50,516 nucleotides of DNA from an uncultured Planctomycetales bacterium (GTDB taxonomy: Bacteria > Omnitrophota > Gorgyraeia > Gygaellales > Profunditerraquicolaceae). Both the position numbers and the translations under genes were made by a program. The stretch is from assembly GCA_964487475.1 (NCBI GenBank), contig CAZAPM010000015.1:1-50516 (forward strand), written 5' to 3'. The notes under the pieces were generated by a model. It made no database searches, was not told the DNA's origin, and saw nothing but the letters and a program-made list of their open reading frames with translations. This document shows, piece by piece, positions 1-12,800 of this stretch (within the stretch, counting starts at the first letter, position 1; each line of letters opens with the position of its first letter).

Positions 1-2
1 AC

Positions 3-806
3 CCCGAAACGGATCGCGGCATTGACCAGGCCATGATCGCGCGCCTGCCCCTTCTCCAGCGCCGTGCGCCAGCTCGGCAGACCGAGCCCCTGCCTGCGCG
101 CCAGCTCCTGCTCCACCGACTCTTTGCTCTGATACTTTTCCTGGCCCTTGCGGGGAAGCGCCACGCCAAAACGTTTGGCCGCGTCATCCAGCTTAGGATC
201 GGAGTGCTCCCCCTCCTCTAACGCCTTGGCGTTACAGGGAAGTCCTGCGGCGATACGGCGCGCCAGTTCGGCTTCGACCTTCTCCCGGCTCGAATATACG
301 ACCTTGGTCCCGCATTTCTCTTTTGGCAGGGTCAGTTTGAACGTCCTGACCGCGCGCAACAATCCGTAATCGCTGTGTGCTCCCCGGGCGATCGCCGAAT
401 AATGGCTGGGTATCCCGGCAGCCTGCCGGCGCGCAATTTCTGCCTGCGCCGCCGCAGCATCCGGATACTTCCTCTGCGGCTCATAAGAAGACTCGGGAAG
501 CGCCACGCCCAGCCTTACCGCAGCGCGATACAGCGCGAAATTGGTATGCTCCCCCTTCTCCAGCGCCTGCGCATAGGAATCCCATCCTAATGACTGACGC
601 CTGGACAACTCCTGTTCCACCTCCTGCCTGGTCTTATATACTGCCCGGGACGGCTTTTTCGGCAGCGCCACGCCGAACTTACGTGCCGCATACCAGAGGG
701 AAAGGTCCGCATGCTCGCTGCGCATAAGCGCGCTGGTGTGGCTCTTCCACCCCAGTTGTTCCCGGCGCGCAAGTTCTGCGTGCACGGCTTCGGCATCCGG
801 ATATGC
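3..806 (-). repeat. Second tandem array of the ~55-aa basic repeat (>=5 copies, runs off the window)
   Basis: AYPDAEAVHAELARREQLGW..EHADLSLWYAARKFGVALP and four further copies, ending LVNAAIRFG at the window edge. Confidence 0.9.
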
Positions 807-3800
807 CAGCGTGCCTCTCTTACGGCCTTCACCCGAACCTGCGGCGGCAACTGTGCCGGCGAACACAAAGACCAAAATGCCGGATATCGAGGCGAGGAGC
901 GCAGCCACCGCGATCACGATTACCAAAGGCACCCAAATACTCCCTGACTGCGCTACCGTGCGCGCGGTCAGCAGACGCTCGCAGGGCAGGATCACGGTCG
1001 TGGTCGTGCCCTGGCCGGGAGCAGAGCGCACGGTAAAACGGCCCCGGTGCAGCGCCACCGCGTCCCGCACGATCTCGAATCCCAGGCCGTGCCCGCCGGT
1101 CCCCGAACGGGAGGTGACCCTGATCCCGGTACGAATAGATTCCAGAATATGCGCTGGCATTCCCGGTCCGTTATCGGAAATGGTAACCTGCACTGCCCCC
1201 TCCTGGGGAAGCAGCCGCACCTCCAGCCGCACCTCCGGAGAAACGGTCCTGTGCTCGGTAAAAGCCTTATTGATATCTTCGAAGATATTGAAGAACATCT
1301 CCCAGATCTTGACCCGGTATCCATGCACCAGGAACGACTGCCCCGGCTCCACGATCCATACCACACGCACGCTTTTCAGAAGCCCGGCCTGGCAGGATTT
1401 CTTGAGCACCTCCCGCACATCCACGTCCGACTTAAGGCCTGCGGCGATCCCGCTGTTGATCACCGTTTTGACCTCGGTGATGATCAGTTGCAGCGCGGGC
1501 ATAACACGGCGGAAATGCTGCTGGGGGAATTCGTAATTCGGATCCGGCTCCAAAGGAATACCCATACTCTCCAGGAGACGCTCCGCGGTCCCGTACTCCC
1601 GTCCCCAGCGACGCATCGCGCTGGCAGCCCAGAAACACCTGAGCATCGCCATCCGGTACCTATGCGCGGGCAATTCTCCAGAATATTTCCGGGTGATCTG
1701 CAGCACCCGCTCCAGTATGGATTTAAGCCGGAAAAGAGGGGCTTTGACCACGGGAGCGTCGAAACAGGAAAGATCCGCCGACATCATCATGATCGCCAGA
1801 ATATTATTGATGTCATGAATGGCATACCGCAGCAAGGTAAGGTTGGAACGCAGCTTGGCTTCGGTCACGGTAGAGATGATCACCTGCCGCTGCAGGCCTT
1901 CCAGCTTCTTCCCGACCAGCTCGTACTCCGGCTCCTCCCGCTGCGCGTCGATCGCCTCTTGATGCGCCTTGCCCTCCACTTCTTCCGCATGCTCATGGCG
2001 GCCGATGGCACGCCAGACTATCAGCCGCAGCCGGGGCAAAGAAAAGTTGCTGAGAATGATCCCCTCTGCTTCGACGGTCAGATAGACCCGGTACGGCTGC
2101 CGGCGAAAATCGCCGAATATCTCGGGCAACGCCTCCGGAGCCCGGATACCCGGAAGCAGCCTGAAGAATCTTACCGGGATACCCCGGATCGACACTTCTC
2201 CGGGAACAGACAACTCCTCGGCCAGAAGTTCCCCCCGCGCCACCCACTCCAGACGCTGCGTTTTCTGCTCGGGAGTAAGATTGTTGAAGAATCCGCACTC
2301 TCGCTCTTCGGCTCTTTCCGTCCGCTCTTTTCTACTCCCGGTTTTTTCCTTGAACCTGCGCGAAAGGGCGATCGCCTTGCGTACGCTCTGCTCCATGATC
2401 GCCAGGCCCCGGATATGTCTGGAGCGCTGGTTGGCCGCGTCCATCAGCCGCTCTGCATCGCTTTCCAGGCCCACTTTTGCCGCAGCAACGAGATGCTCGA
2501 ATTTCACCCCCACCTTCTGCGCCTCATCCACGAACCGCTCGGCGATCTTCTCGGGATACCCTCTGAAATGTTCCTGCACCGCAGCGCGGGCTGACGACGC
2601 GCCGCTATTGCCCGAGACGGCGGATTCCGGTGCCGGCTGCGAAGAACGCGCCGAACGGCCGGCGCTGTCGCACGCCAGCTCGTAGATACCCGCCCATTCC
2701 CCGTGCGCGCACTCCGCGCGGCGGCTCCGGGGAAGTTCGTCGAATACGCCTAAAAGCAGCGCCAGCCTGGTGCGGGTCGCCTCCGGCACTGCCGCCACCA
2801 AAGCACCGTTGCTCAATCCCTGCGCCTCCCGGCATTGATTGAACATCTCCAGCGCCTCCCACCCCGCCATCTTCCCTTCTTCCAGCGCTGCCACCGGATC
2901 ATCCATGGAAAGAACCCCGTTGACCACTCCGTCGACGAATGCATACAGCGGCATACTGCGCAGCCACATCAGACGATGTTCCTTATGCATCATCCCGAGC
3001 ATGCGCATCACAAGGCTGCGGGCAGCGCGGCCCCATCCGTAGCGCGCTTTAAGGCTGTCCGTGCGCGCAAAGCTGGTCAGCCACAGCGCTATAGTGGCAG
3101 AAGCTCCCTGCAACGCCTGTTCCGGGATCGCTTCCAGAAGCGCCAGCGCTTCCCTGGGCTCCCCGGTCTGCATGAAACACCACGCCATGCGGAAAGCCAC
3201 CTTAGGATGATCCCTTCCCAGGGTCGCGGTATCATGATAAAGGTAAAGGAAAGGCAGGCCTTCTTCGATTGCCGTCGCCGCATCCGTCCCGAACACCACC
3301 GGCACGTCATTCTCGCAGAAATCAAGGTATATCCCGGCAAAACGTATCAGCGCACGGACGCTGATCTGATCGCGCTCCAGAAGCAGATCAAAGGTACCGT
3401 TCGGAATGCCCAGCCGCGTTTCCGCCAGCGCATATCCTTCCCCATAGGCGAAACGCGAGGAAACCAGGACCGAGAGCCTGTGCTGCCATCCCTTTGCGGG
3501 CAGCGCCGCGCCGGCCATCGCCGCCCAACCTGCTTTACCGACCTCCCCCACCAACCTTTCCTGCCTCGCCAGAAGCGTGCCGTCAGGAAGCGTTACGGAA
3601 TATTCACGGGCGGCCGCGCGAAGCGTAGTATCCTTCTCCTGCCCGCAGTTCAACGCGCCGGGGGTGCAGGCTTTTCCCTGAAGGACCCTCTCCACCAGCG
3701 CGCGCCGGACATCCTCCTCGGATGAGTATTTCTTGCGGCCGACAGGCAGCTTGACCTTGAGACGTCTCGCGGCATCAAGGAGCGCGCTGTTTCCGTGCGG

Positions 3801-6800
3801 CCCTGTAGAAAGCGCCTTATAGTGGTTCTTCCATCCGAGCTTCGCGCGCCGCTCCATCTCGGCCGTCACTTCGGCTTTGGTCTTATAACGGAAGCGGGCA
3901 GGTGCGCAAGGCAGCGGTACCCCGAAACGTTTTGCCGCATCGCACAACCCCTGGTCGGTGTGCGGGCCGCGGCGCAGCGCGCGGTAATAGCTGGGGATCC
4001 CCCTGATCTGTCTCCGGGCCAGCTCCGCCGTCACTTCCTCCCTGCTCTTGTACCGGAACGTGCTTCCCCCCGGGATCTTCGGAAGCGGCACCCCGAACTT
4101 TTTCGCGGAACGGTAGAGCTTCGGATCGGAGTGCATCCCGTTATCCAATTCCTTTGCGGTGATCGGCAGCCCCGCTTCTTTGCGGCGGGAAAGCTCGGCC
4201 TCGACCGCGATCCGGGTAGGATACGCCACCACCGGAGTCTTAGGCAGCCGCACCTTGAGGGTACGGGCTGCGCGGTAGAGTTTCAGGTCCTTATGCTCCC
4301 CCTTCTGGAGCTGCTGCGGGGTATTCTTCCAGCCTTTGCGCTTACGGGCCTTGAGTTCTGCGCGCACCGCATCCGCAGTCTTATAGAACGCGGTACTCTC
4401 GGCGGCGGGGAATGCGACCTTGAATTTGTATGCCGCGTACCTCAAAGAAAGATCCGGATGCTCGCCTTCCTCCAAAGCCTTGGGATTGCTCTGCCATCCC
4501 AACCCTGCCCTGCGGGCGAACTCCGCCTCAACCGCTTCTCGGGTAAGATATTTCGGGAGATCGGTCTTTCTCCGGGTCGGCAGGGTCACTCCGAAGTGCT
4601 TAGCCGCATTAAGCAGTGCCCTATCCCTGTGCACCCCTGCGCTTAACGCCTTGTAATGGTTCGCTTTGCCTTCCGCAGCACGCCGCGCAAGTTCCTGTTC
4701 CACTACCTCGCGGGATTTATAGGTAAGACGCAAGGCATCGGGAAGCGGAACGGAGAACTTCCTGGCCGCCCGGTACAGGGTCTCATCGGTATGATCTCCG
4801 TGCGCGAGGTCAAGCGCGGTATTGCCCCATCCGAGAGAAGTGCGGTGCTCCAGGGCAGCGGTCACGGACGCGGCATCAGGGAACCTCGGCCCCCTGCGCA
4901 CAAAGGCCACCTGCAGGGATTCCGCCTTTTTCACGCGGGAAGGGGCGGCAGGCAACGGAACAGAATATCTCGCGGCGCCCAAACGCAGAGGGATGTCTTT
5001 ATGCGCCCCGCCCTGAAGGGCCCGGTCGAAACTGGGGATCCCCTGTGCCTGCCTGCGGGCCAGCTCGGCTCTGACCTTCTCCTCCGTATCGTACTTCGCC
5101 TTCCTTATATTCTTATCCAGCACCACCCCGAACTTCCGGGCTGACTTGGCAAGAGCGTGATCGGCATGCTCACCGTCCGTCAGTGCGCGGGAATGGGATT
5201 CCCACCCCCGCGCCTTGCGTGCGGCCAGCGCTGCCATGACCGCATCCTTATCCGGGTACCTTCCAGTGATCTCGGGTAATGCCACTGCGAATTTCCTCGC
5301 GGCCTTGTACAGCGGACAATCCTTATCCTTCCCCCTCTCGAGCTTTTTGGGAGAAACCGGCAGTCCGGCGGCTTTTCTGCGGGCCAGCTCCATCTCCACC
5401 GCTTCCCTGGTAGTATATTGAGAAGGAGTGCCCGGTGCTTTCTGAGGCAGAGCGACTTCGTATTTTAGCGCCGCGTAATAGAGCGCGAAATCCTTGTGCT
5501 CTCCCTTGGTCAATCCGGCGGCATGACAAGGCAGCCCCTGCGACTGACGGAACACAAGCTGTGCCTGCACCGCTGCCGCATCCCGGTATTTGGTGCGGGG
5601 ATCGACGGTCATCCCCGCCAACAGCACCCCGGCGGCGGCACAGGGGCCGACCCAGACAAAAACCATGACCGCAAGCAGTGCAACCAGACCGGGACTTAAG
5701 AAACGCCGGATGAAGTTCTGCACCGTCTCGGGCCGCAGCTCCTGCAGGTTCGGCACGAACCCCTGGCAATAATTCCAGAACGCGCTCCCGCACGTCTCCA
5801 TCAGTTCTGAGATCCACGGCTCACCCTTGACCCTGATGAAATGATGCGCGGCCGCTTCTTCGCGCACGACACCGAGGAATCTTTCCCTGTCGGTGATATC
5901 CGCCAGAAAAGACTTGAATTCCAGCAGGTCCCGGGCCTTGAACACCACTTCGCGATTCTCATAACTGCCGGGGGGGATAGTGAAACACCTCTGCTTCTCG
6001 TCAAACTCAAGCGCCGCCCCGCTGAAGGAGAATATGCACAGCAGCTCCCCGGATCCCCTGGTCTCGACCTCTACCTCTCCGGTAAAGATCACGTTGCCCT
6101 GCGGCAGGTAACGCAAGGGCACGGGCGCGCCTATCCCCAGGTAATGCAGCACGCCGTTGCCGTTGACCCCGGGGACGCGCTCTTTTCTCAAAACGGAAGC
6201 GCGTTCCTGATGGAGAAGGAACTCCCCTGCTTCCATGACCGTAAGATTCACTCCGTCAGGAACCATGGTAAAGGGGAGCCGGCGCTGATATTCGGCCATG
6301 GTCCGCACTCCCAGGGACCCGAAGGCGAGGCGTTCGAATAAGGTCGAACCCAGCGCATACTCCTCCATCCCGTCCGTGACGCTGACCAACATATGCCGCA
6401 GCCCCTTAGGCGGCCTGCCCATCCATGATTGCTGGACGTATATTCGCAGCACGCATATCTGCTGCGAAGGTATTCCTTCCGCAAGGAGCGCTTCCACCAG
6501 ATGCCTGGCGGCGAACTGACAGTCTCCCCCGCGGACGAATACCGGGGACCGGGTCGCCAGCATCCCCCGGCAATCATGCAACCCCTGCGCGAACCACTCC
6601 CCGAACCCGTACTCATCGACCCTGGACTCCTGCGCCAACAGTGCCGCCGAGATCCTCTCCGCATCCGACACCGCCGCCGAAGCGTTCTTGATCACGCCGG
6701 TGAGGACCCCCAGGTTATATTTGAAGTGTCCCCAGACCGCATACGGATAGGCTGCCAGCCAGCTTCCCCAATATCGTTTACCTGTGCGGCGGGAGAAGGC

Positions 6801-9800
6801 ATCGTCCAAACCGCCGAACCACTCCCATGCCCTCTTCTTCAGATCGTCATAGTTCGACACCAGGGTGTGCGCGCCCATGAAACGGTACATGCCATGCGGG
6901 GAGGAGAAGAACTTGAATGGTTCCATGAGCGGCGCCCATACCAGCGCGATACCCCAGCCTATCGGACGCCTCCAGAAGTTCAGCCACCAGCGCCCGCGCA
7001 TCGACCAGCGGTAGAGCCGACCGTACCACGCAGTGCGGGCCACTCCCGGGACGGGTCCCAAAGGATCCGCCTGCGCTCCAAGGAACAGCGCTTCAAGCTC
7101 GTCCGAAGGCTGCTCCGGTTTCCACCAGCGCTGAACCACGTACTCCTCGTGTGCGGATGAAGCCGATACCGCGCCTACCGCGCCCAGCGCGTTCGATTCC
7201 CCCGGGATACTGTTGACCGCCGCACGATCCGGCGCATGGCCGGACACGAGGGCGCGCAACAGATACTGCCCGTTCTCGAATGTCCTCTGCTCGAGGGGAA
7301 GCTTCAGCAGCGCCTCCAGCATCCAGGGATATGCTTCGATCGCGGGATAGATCAGCTTCCTGCCCGTCTCCATCTCCCAGAGCGCAATGAAGGTGAACAT
7401 CTCGTCCCGGCTGGCGCGCGCGGCGGAATGGCACTCGGTGCAGACGGCGTCATCATGCATGGGAATGTTCACGAACACCTCGCGGTAACAGGATGCGAAC
7501 ACCGCATGCCACTGCGGGATGGACCCCTCCCACTCCATCACCGCCAGAAGGAAGTCTCCGGCCGTATCCGCAAGCAGCTCATCCAGCGCATCCTTCCCTT
7601 CCTGCGCCGGCGCCCGGTTGATATCGACCACGAACGCGTTGATGATGTGCCCGATCTCGTGCGCGCCTACCGCAAAGCACATCTTCGGCGCAGCGGCATC
7701 TTCGATCAGGTCCTTCCTGCCGAATTTCATGAAGGAGTTGCCGACCTTCGGAAAATCCTCCGTCAGGAATGTCTGCATCATGATGGTGTTGAGCAAATGC
7801 TCATCGAGCGCTTCGCTCGCGAACCTCGATCCGTCGCGGCGCACCAGGTCCTCCCGGATCACCAGCCATATTGCCAGCAGGAACGCTTTCCACTTCTCAT
7901 TGAGCCACACGGTCGAGTCGGGAAGCAGGTCCAGCGCGGTCGTATCCGCATGCCGGGAAAGGAGCTCCCGGGCAAGTCCCACCGCCAGGCCACGCATCCC
8001 CGATGCCGGGATCAATCCGAACGCATAGATGCGCACCTCCAAAGGAGCCTGCTCGTTAAGCAGAGTGTTCAACGCGGCCTGCTTATACGTGGATCCGGAT
8101 ATACGCGGAGACGCTGCCCCAAGGTAGCACGAGAGTTTTTCCAGCAGGTATCTCCCGTCCTCCTCCTTCTGGAACTTCCTCGCCCGGTATACCAGGCTGT
8201 TGACCGCCACCAGACGGTCATCCTTGGAAAACGCCGGATTGGCGATGATTGCGCGCAGGATATTGACGGCTTCTTTGCAGCAAAGGCCGTATCCTCCGGT
8301 AGCCAGTTCCGCAAGACTCCATATACCCTCCGACTCCTCATGCCGTTTCGTGACCTTCAGATCCCGGAACATCTTCTCCCACAGGGAAAGGTCAACGGCC
8401 TTGCCTGTTTTTGCCGCCCGGGCCAGCGCACGCGAATATACCCGAAGCAGGCTGCCGACCGCGGAATATTTCTGGTTGTTTTCCGCCCGGGCGCAAACTG
8501 CGAGTTGCTCGAGCGCCTGCGCATTACCGCCCAATGCCAGCGTTTCCAGCTGCGCCAGCCCCCTGGCGAAAGCATCCTGCACGGTCATACCGAGGAGGCA
8601 TACTCCCGCCGCAGCGACGCCCGCGCCGGGCAGCAGGGCTGAGAGCGCCGCCAGAAGACAGAGCGCCAGCACGATACCGGCGCGCTTCGCGAACCGGTGC
8701 AGAGCCTCCTCCACCGGCATAAATGGCGCCGGGACCAGTCCGGTGCCGTGCACTTCCTTGTCGGTAAACACACCCGTGAGCGCGCTCACGCCGGATCGGA
8801 ACCCTTTATCCTCCAACGTACTCCGGTACAGCCCGCGGGAGACCATCCTCTCCAGATACGGGATACGCGCCTGCTCGAGCATCTGGGATGCGGACCGGGC
8901 GATGATCCCCTCTCTTCCGGGCATATTCGCGACCAGGTAATAGACCAGGCCCTTGTACCCTACCCGCACCGGATCATGGTGGTAGGTCACTCCGGGGTCT
9001 TCGATATGAGTCCCGTCCTTGTCCAGGAATTCAAAGTTGTCCACTGCCACATCGACCATGATCCGGCGCTTCGGATGCGCGTCGCACACCCTGAGGATGA
9101 GGTCATGCCGCAGCGTGCGCACCGCCTTTCCTCCGGTTCCGACGGCAGCGCCGATCATGATACTGGCGTGCGAGAACGCGTGCTCGACCGCCTCCCAGTC
9201 GAACGCATCGATCACTTTCAGCTCACCATGAGAACACGCGCTTCGCCCGTACTCGCCGGCCAGTAAATCCTCCAGGTAAGGAATGCCGTGCTTCTTGGCG
9301 GAGATAATGACCCGTGCGCCCATGCGCCGTGCCTGCCAGAGCGCGGACAATCCCGCGGCGCCGGCGCCGGTGATGAACACTACGACATCCCTGAGCAATC
9401 CCGGCGCGCAGGCATCCGGATACGCCCCCAGCATCTGGTGCACCCACAAAGGATCCGCGAACACCTGGCCGTCGAGCAGGACCTTTTCCTCATTAAGATA
9501 AATGGCCCCTTGCAGCACGGCCTGGGCCCCGGCCACGATGCTCATAGGATCGAGACAGATATGCGTTTTAGGGAGGTGCTCCTTGGCTTTCCTGACCAGG
9601 CCCGGGACCATGATCCTTCCCGGAGCACCGGCGGAATCGATCCACTCCGGCCGCATGAAAAGCGCCGCATCCTGCGCTTTTCCGGTGATCCCTTCCAACG
9701 CGATCGCGGCGCACCCGGTCTCCAGCACCCTCTCTGCCATCGTGGGAGAGTCGATAAAATGGAAGTAGGTCATGAGCGCCGGGCCGATCGGGTCCGGCGA

Positions 9801-12800
9801 AACCCCATGCCACGCGGCATATTCAAGCAGATGCGTTACCCCTGCGGGCGTCAGCGCCACGCGGCCTTCATCGGGAAGCCGCTCCTTGACCACGCCGATC
9901 ACTGCGCGCGCCCGGGAACGGGATGTCCTGCCGACTTCCCCCATCAGGGAGAACTCGTCCGTGCCTTCAAGCACCAGCGGCTGCTTGACCTTGAGCACCA
10001 GGTCAGACCCCTCCCACACCTCACTCGCGCTCGCGACCAGGGAGGCGCCCGCATCCTCATACTCGTCATTGCTGAAGCCGCTGCGCACCCCTGCTCCGGA
10101 CTCGACCAGTATCGCGAGATCCCGCTGATCATTCGCGGTGTGCGCGGCAACGGTGCTTCCCGCAAAACACATCCCCCCGGCCAGGGAGCACACGAACGCC
10201 AACATCGCCAGCAAGGGAGTATTCCGCAGTACCTGCGCCAGACGGGAGTACACCGCATGCACGAATGAAAAATGCGCCTTGCCCACCCGGATCTGCTGCC
10301 TGAACATGGTGATGGAATCCCGCACCTCCTCATTATCCAGCGACGGGTCGTTCGGGATACGCGCTGCTGCCAGCTGGTCCGTAAGCCTGCCCAGCGTCTG
10401 CAGGTGCGGCTCCATGGCCAGGATATACTTAACCGCATCTTCTTTGGCAAACACCGGAGGCTTGTTTCCATACACCATTTCGACCATGCTGCGGTGCAGG
10501 GGAGTCCGGGAACGCACGGTGTGCAACGCTTCGCTCAACTGCTGGCCTAAGTCTCCCACGGTCACCGGTACCATATCATCAAGGTAGAAGACCAGGGTCT
10601 TCAATGCCGTATAGAGCGTGCTATCGAACTTCTCCGCGATGCATACGCATAACGCATGCGCAAAGGCCTTTATACGATGCTCCTGCGATACTATCCCTTC
10701 CGCATCCTCCCGGGAGAAAGGCCGTTTCTCTCCCTCATCCGGAGAAAAGACGAACTTCTCGCCTCCGCACTGGCGGTACATTTTCTGCAGATGCGCATAC
10801 AGCGCAGCCTGCGTGATCTCATCCTCGAGTGCCCGCTTGATCAAACGCTGGGCACGCTTCTTCAGATCCCCGGCCAACGCCATGGAAACGGTAAAGGAGC
10901 AGAGCCTTCCGTCCCGAGCCAAGCGGCTAAGCATTGCCTCTGTCTCCTGCGGGCAATGGGCTGCCATGAACTCCCGTCCGGATAAAGTCCGCGCCTGCTC
11001 TGCGGAGACACCGTCGATCATCCGCTCATCCGTACGCATGCGCCCGATGGACGCCAGCAGCTGCTCATCCGCAGAGACCACCATGCCGGCGGCCGCCAGA
11101 CCTATACCCGCCGCGGCAGGGACATTCCCCAGCAGCAGTACTATGGAGATCCCCGCCAGTATCAGGGAAAACACTCCGGCAGGAGCTGCGGCGATTACCC
11201 GGTAGAAACGGCTGGCCGCGCCGGCCGCGCGGTCGATCCAGTCAGTCCTTTTCCCGGTCAACGCGACTGTCTGAGCCCTCCGCCACGTACGCATCTCATC
11301 ATCGGAAATGTGGATATCCGCGGTGGCGATACGGGGATCGTTGCGTATGACGGTCACGGTGACAGTGCCTGCCTGCGGCCGCGAGATCTCCAGCATCAGG
11401 GGATCGACCACGGCAAAAGGAGAAGCCCCGCGCAAACGGTATATCTCCCAGGACATCGCCGAGAGCGATTCGCCGTTGATCGTCGACCAGTACGGATTAT
11501 CGCTGAACACCTGAATGCCGGCGCGCTCGCAGTACGGGAACCCTGCGACCGGCACCAGCGCCGACTCGCAGGCCTCAGCCTCGTCCAGCATCCGCTCAGC
11601 GGTCAGGGCGTCCTTACGCTCGTAATAGTATCCGGCGCTCATGCGGTACGCCAAGATCATCTGCCGGGTGAACTCGTAGAACACCGCCATATCCCTGCGG
11701 GGATTGCAGGCACGCGCATTGGCCAGGTTGGATGCGTCGAATCCCCTGCCCTGCACTCCGAACACGGCCTTGGAGCGGTCCATCAACGCCGAGGGTTCGA
11801 TCCCCCAGGACTTGATCAAAGGCGCACCGAACGCCAGTATTGCCAGGGCCTGCACGTCGACCGCCGGCAAGGTGCCGCCCGGACCGCGCCGGAACTGCTT
11901 TCCTGCCACATCCACGCAGTTGTTCCTGACCCACTGCCTGACCTTTACGGCCTCGGCGAGCGCATCTTCACGCTCCGCTGCGGTCAGGTACGGAGCGAGC
12001 ATCTGCAGGAACGCGAAATAGTCCAGATTATGCTCGGTGGAGAACTTGTCCCTCCAGAACGCATCCCATCCCATGGCGATCCCGCCGCCGGAATGAGGGA
12101 TGGAATTCTTCACCCAGAGATAGATGTTCCGCGCCAGCGCCAATGCCGCGACGTTGCCGCCGGCCTGGAAATATTTCAGGGAGAATATCCCGATCCATAC
12201 GTTCGGACCGACGTGCACGGTGGACTCTCCCCCGACGGCGCCGGTCAGATAATTATACATATTGGCGTACCCCTTGAAGCCTCCGCGGGCAGCCTGATAG
12301 TCATACACTCCTTTATAGAATGCGAAAAGTTTTGCGGCCACCGCATAGGGCGCGTTTTCCGCCAGCAGCGCAGCCAGCCCTGCCGCCGCCTGATCATAGG
12401 TTACGGCCTGCGCAGCCATGAAGGTATCGCTTGTCCCCCGGAAGCTCACGAAAAGCCCGGTCGTGGCGTTGCGGCCCAAAAGCATCGAGGCAAAGACCTG
12501 CTGCGCCTGATCAACGGACTGCGCCTGCGCCCAACGGAAACCCGCGCCGAATAATACCCCGGCCACTCCCGTCGCAGCCTTCGCGAGAAAATCCCTCCGG
12601 GAGAATCGCGATGATGCCGGGATGGACAATTGATAGGTATCCGGGACATACCGCGAATCGCCGCTGTTGTTGAACCCGAGTTTTTGCATCAGCCCGGCTG
12701 CTTCCCGGCTTACGACCCATCCCCAGGCACGGCGCAACCCCATTGCCTGCGCCTGAGCGAGCGCGGTCTTAAGCAGCCCTTCGGCGATCCCGTGCCCGCG

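Noticed and set aside
3585..5591. CRISPR array or DNA-level tandem repeat
   Set aside because: The ~165-bp periodicity is conserved only at protein level. There are no identical direct repeats with unique spacers and no cas genes.
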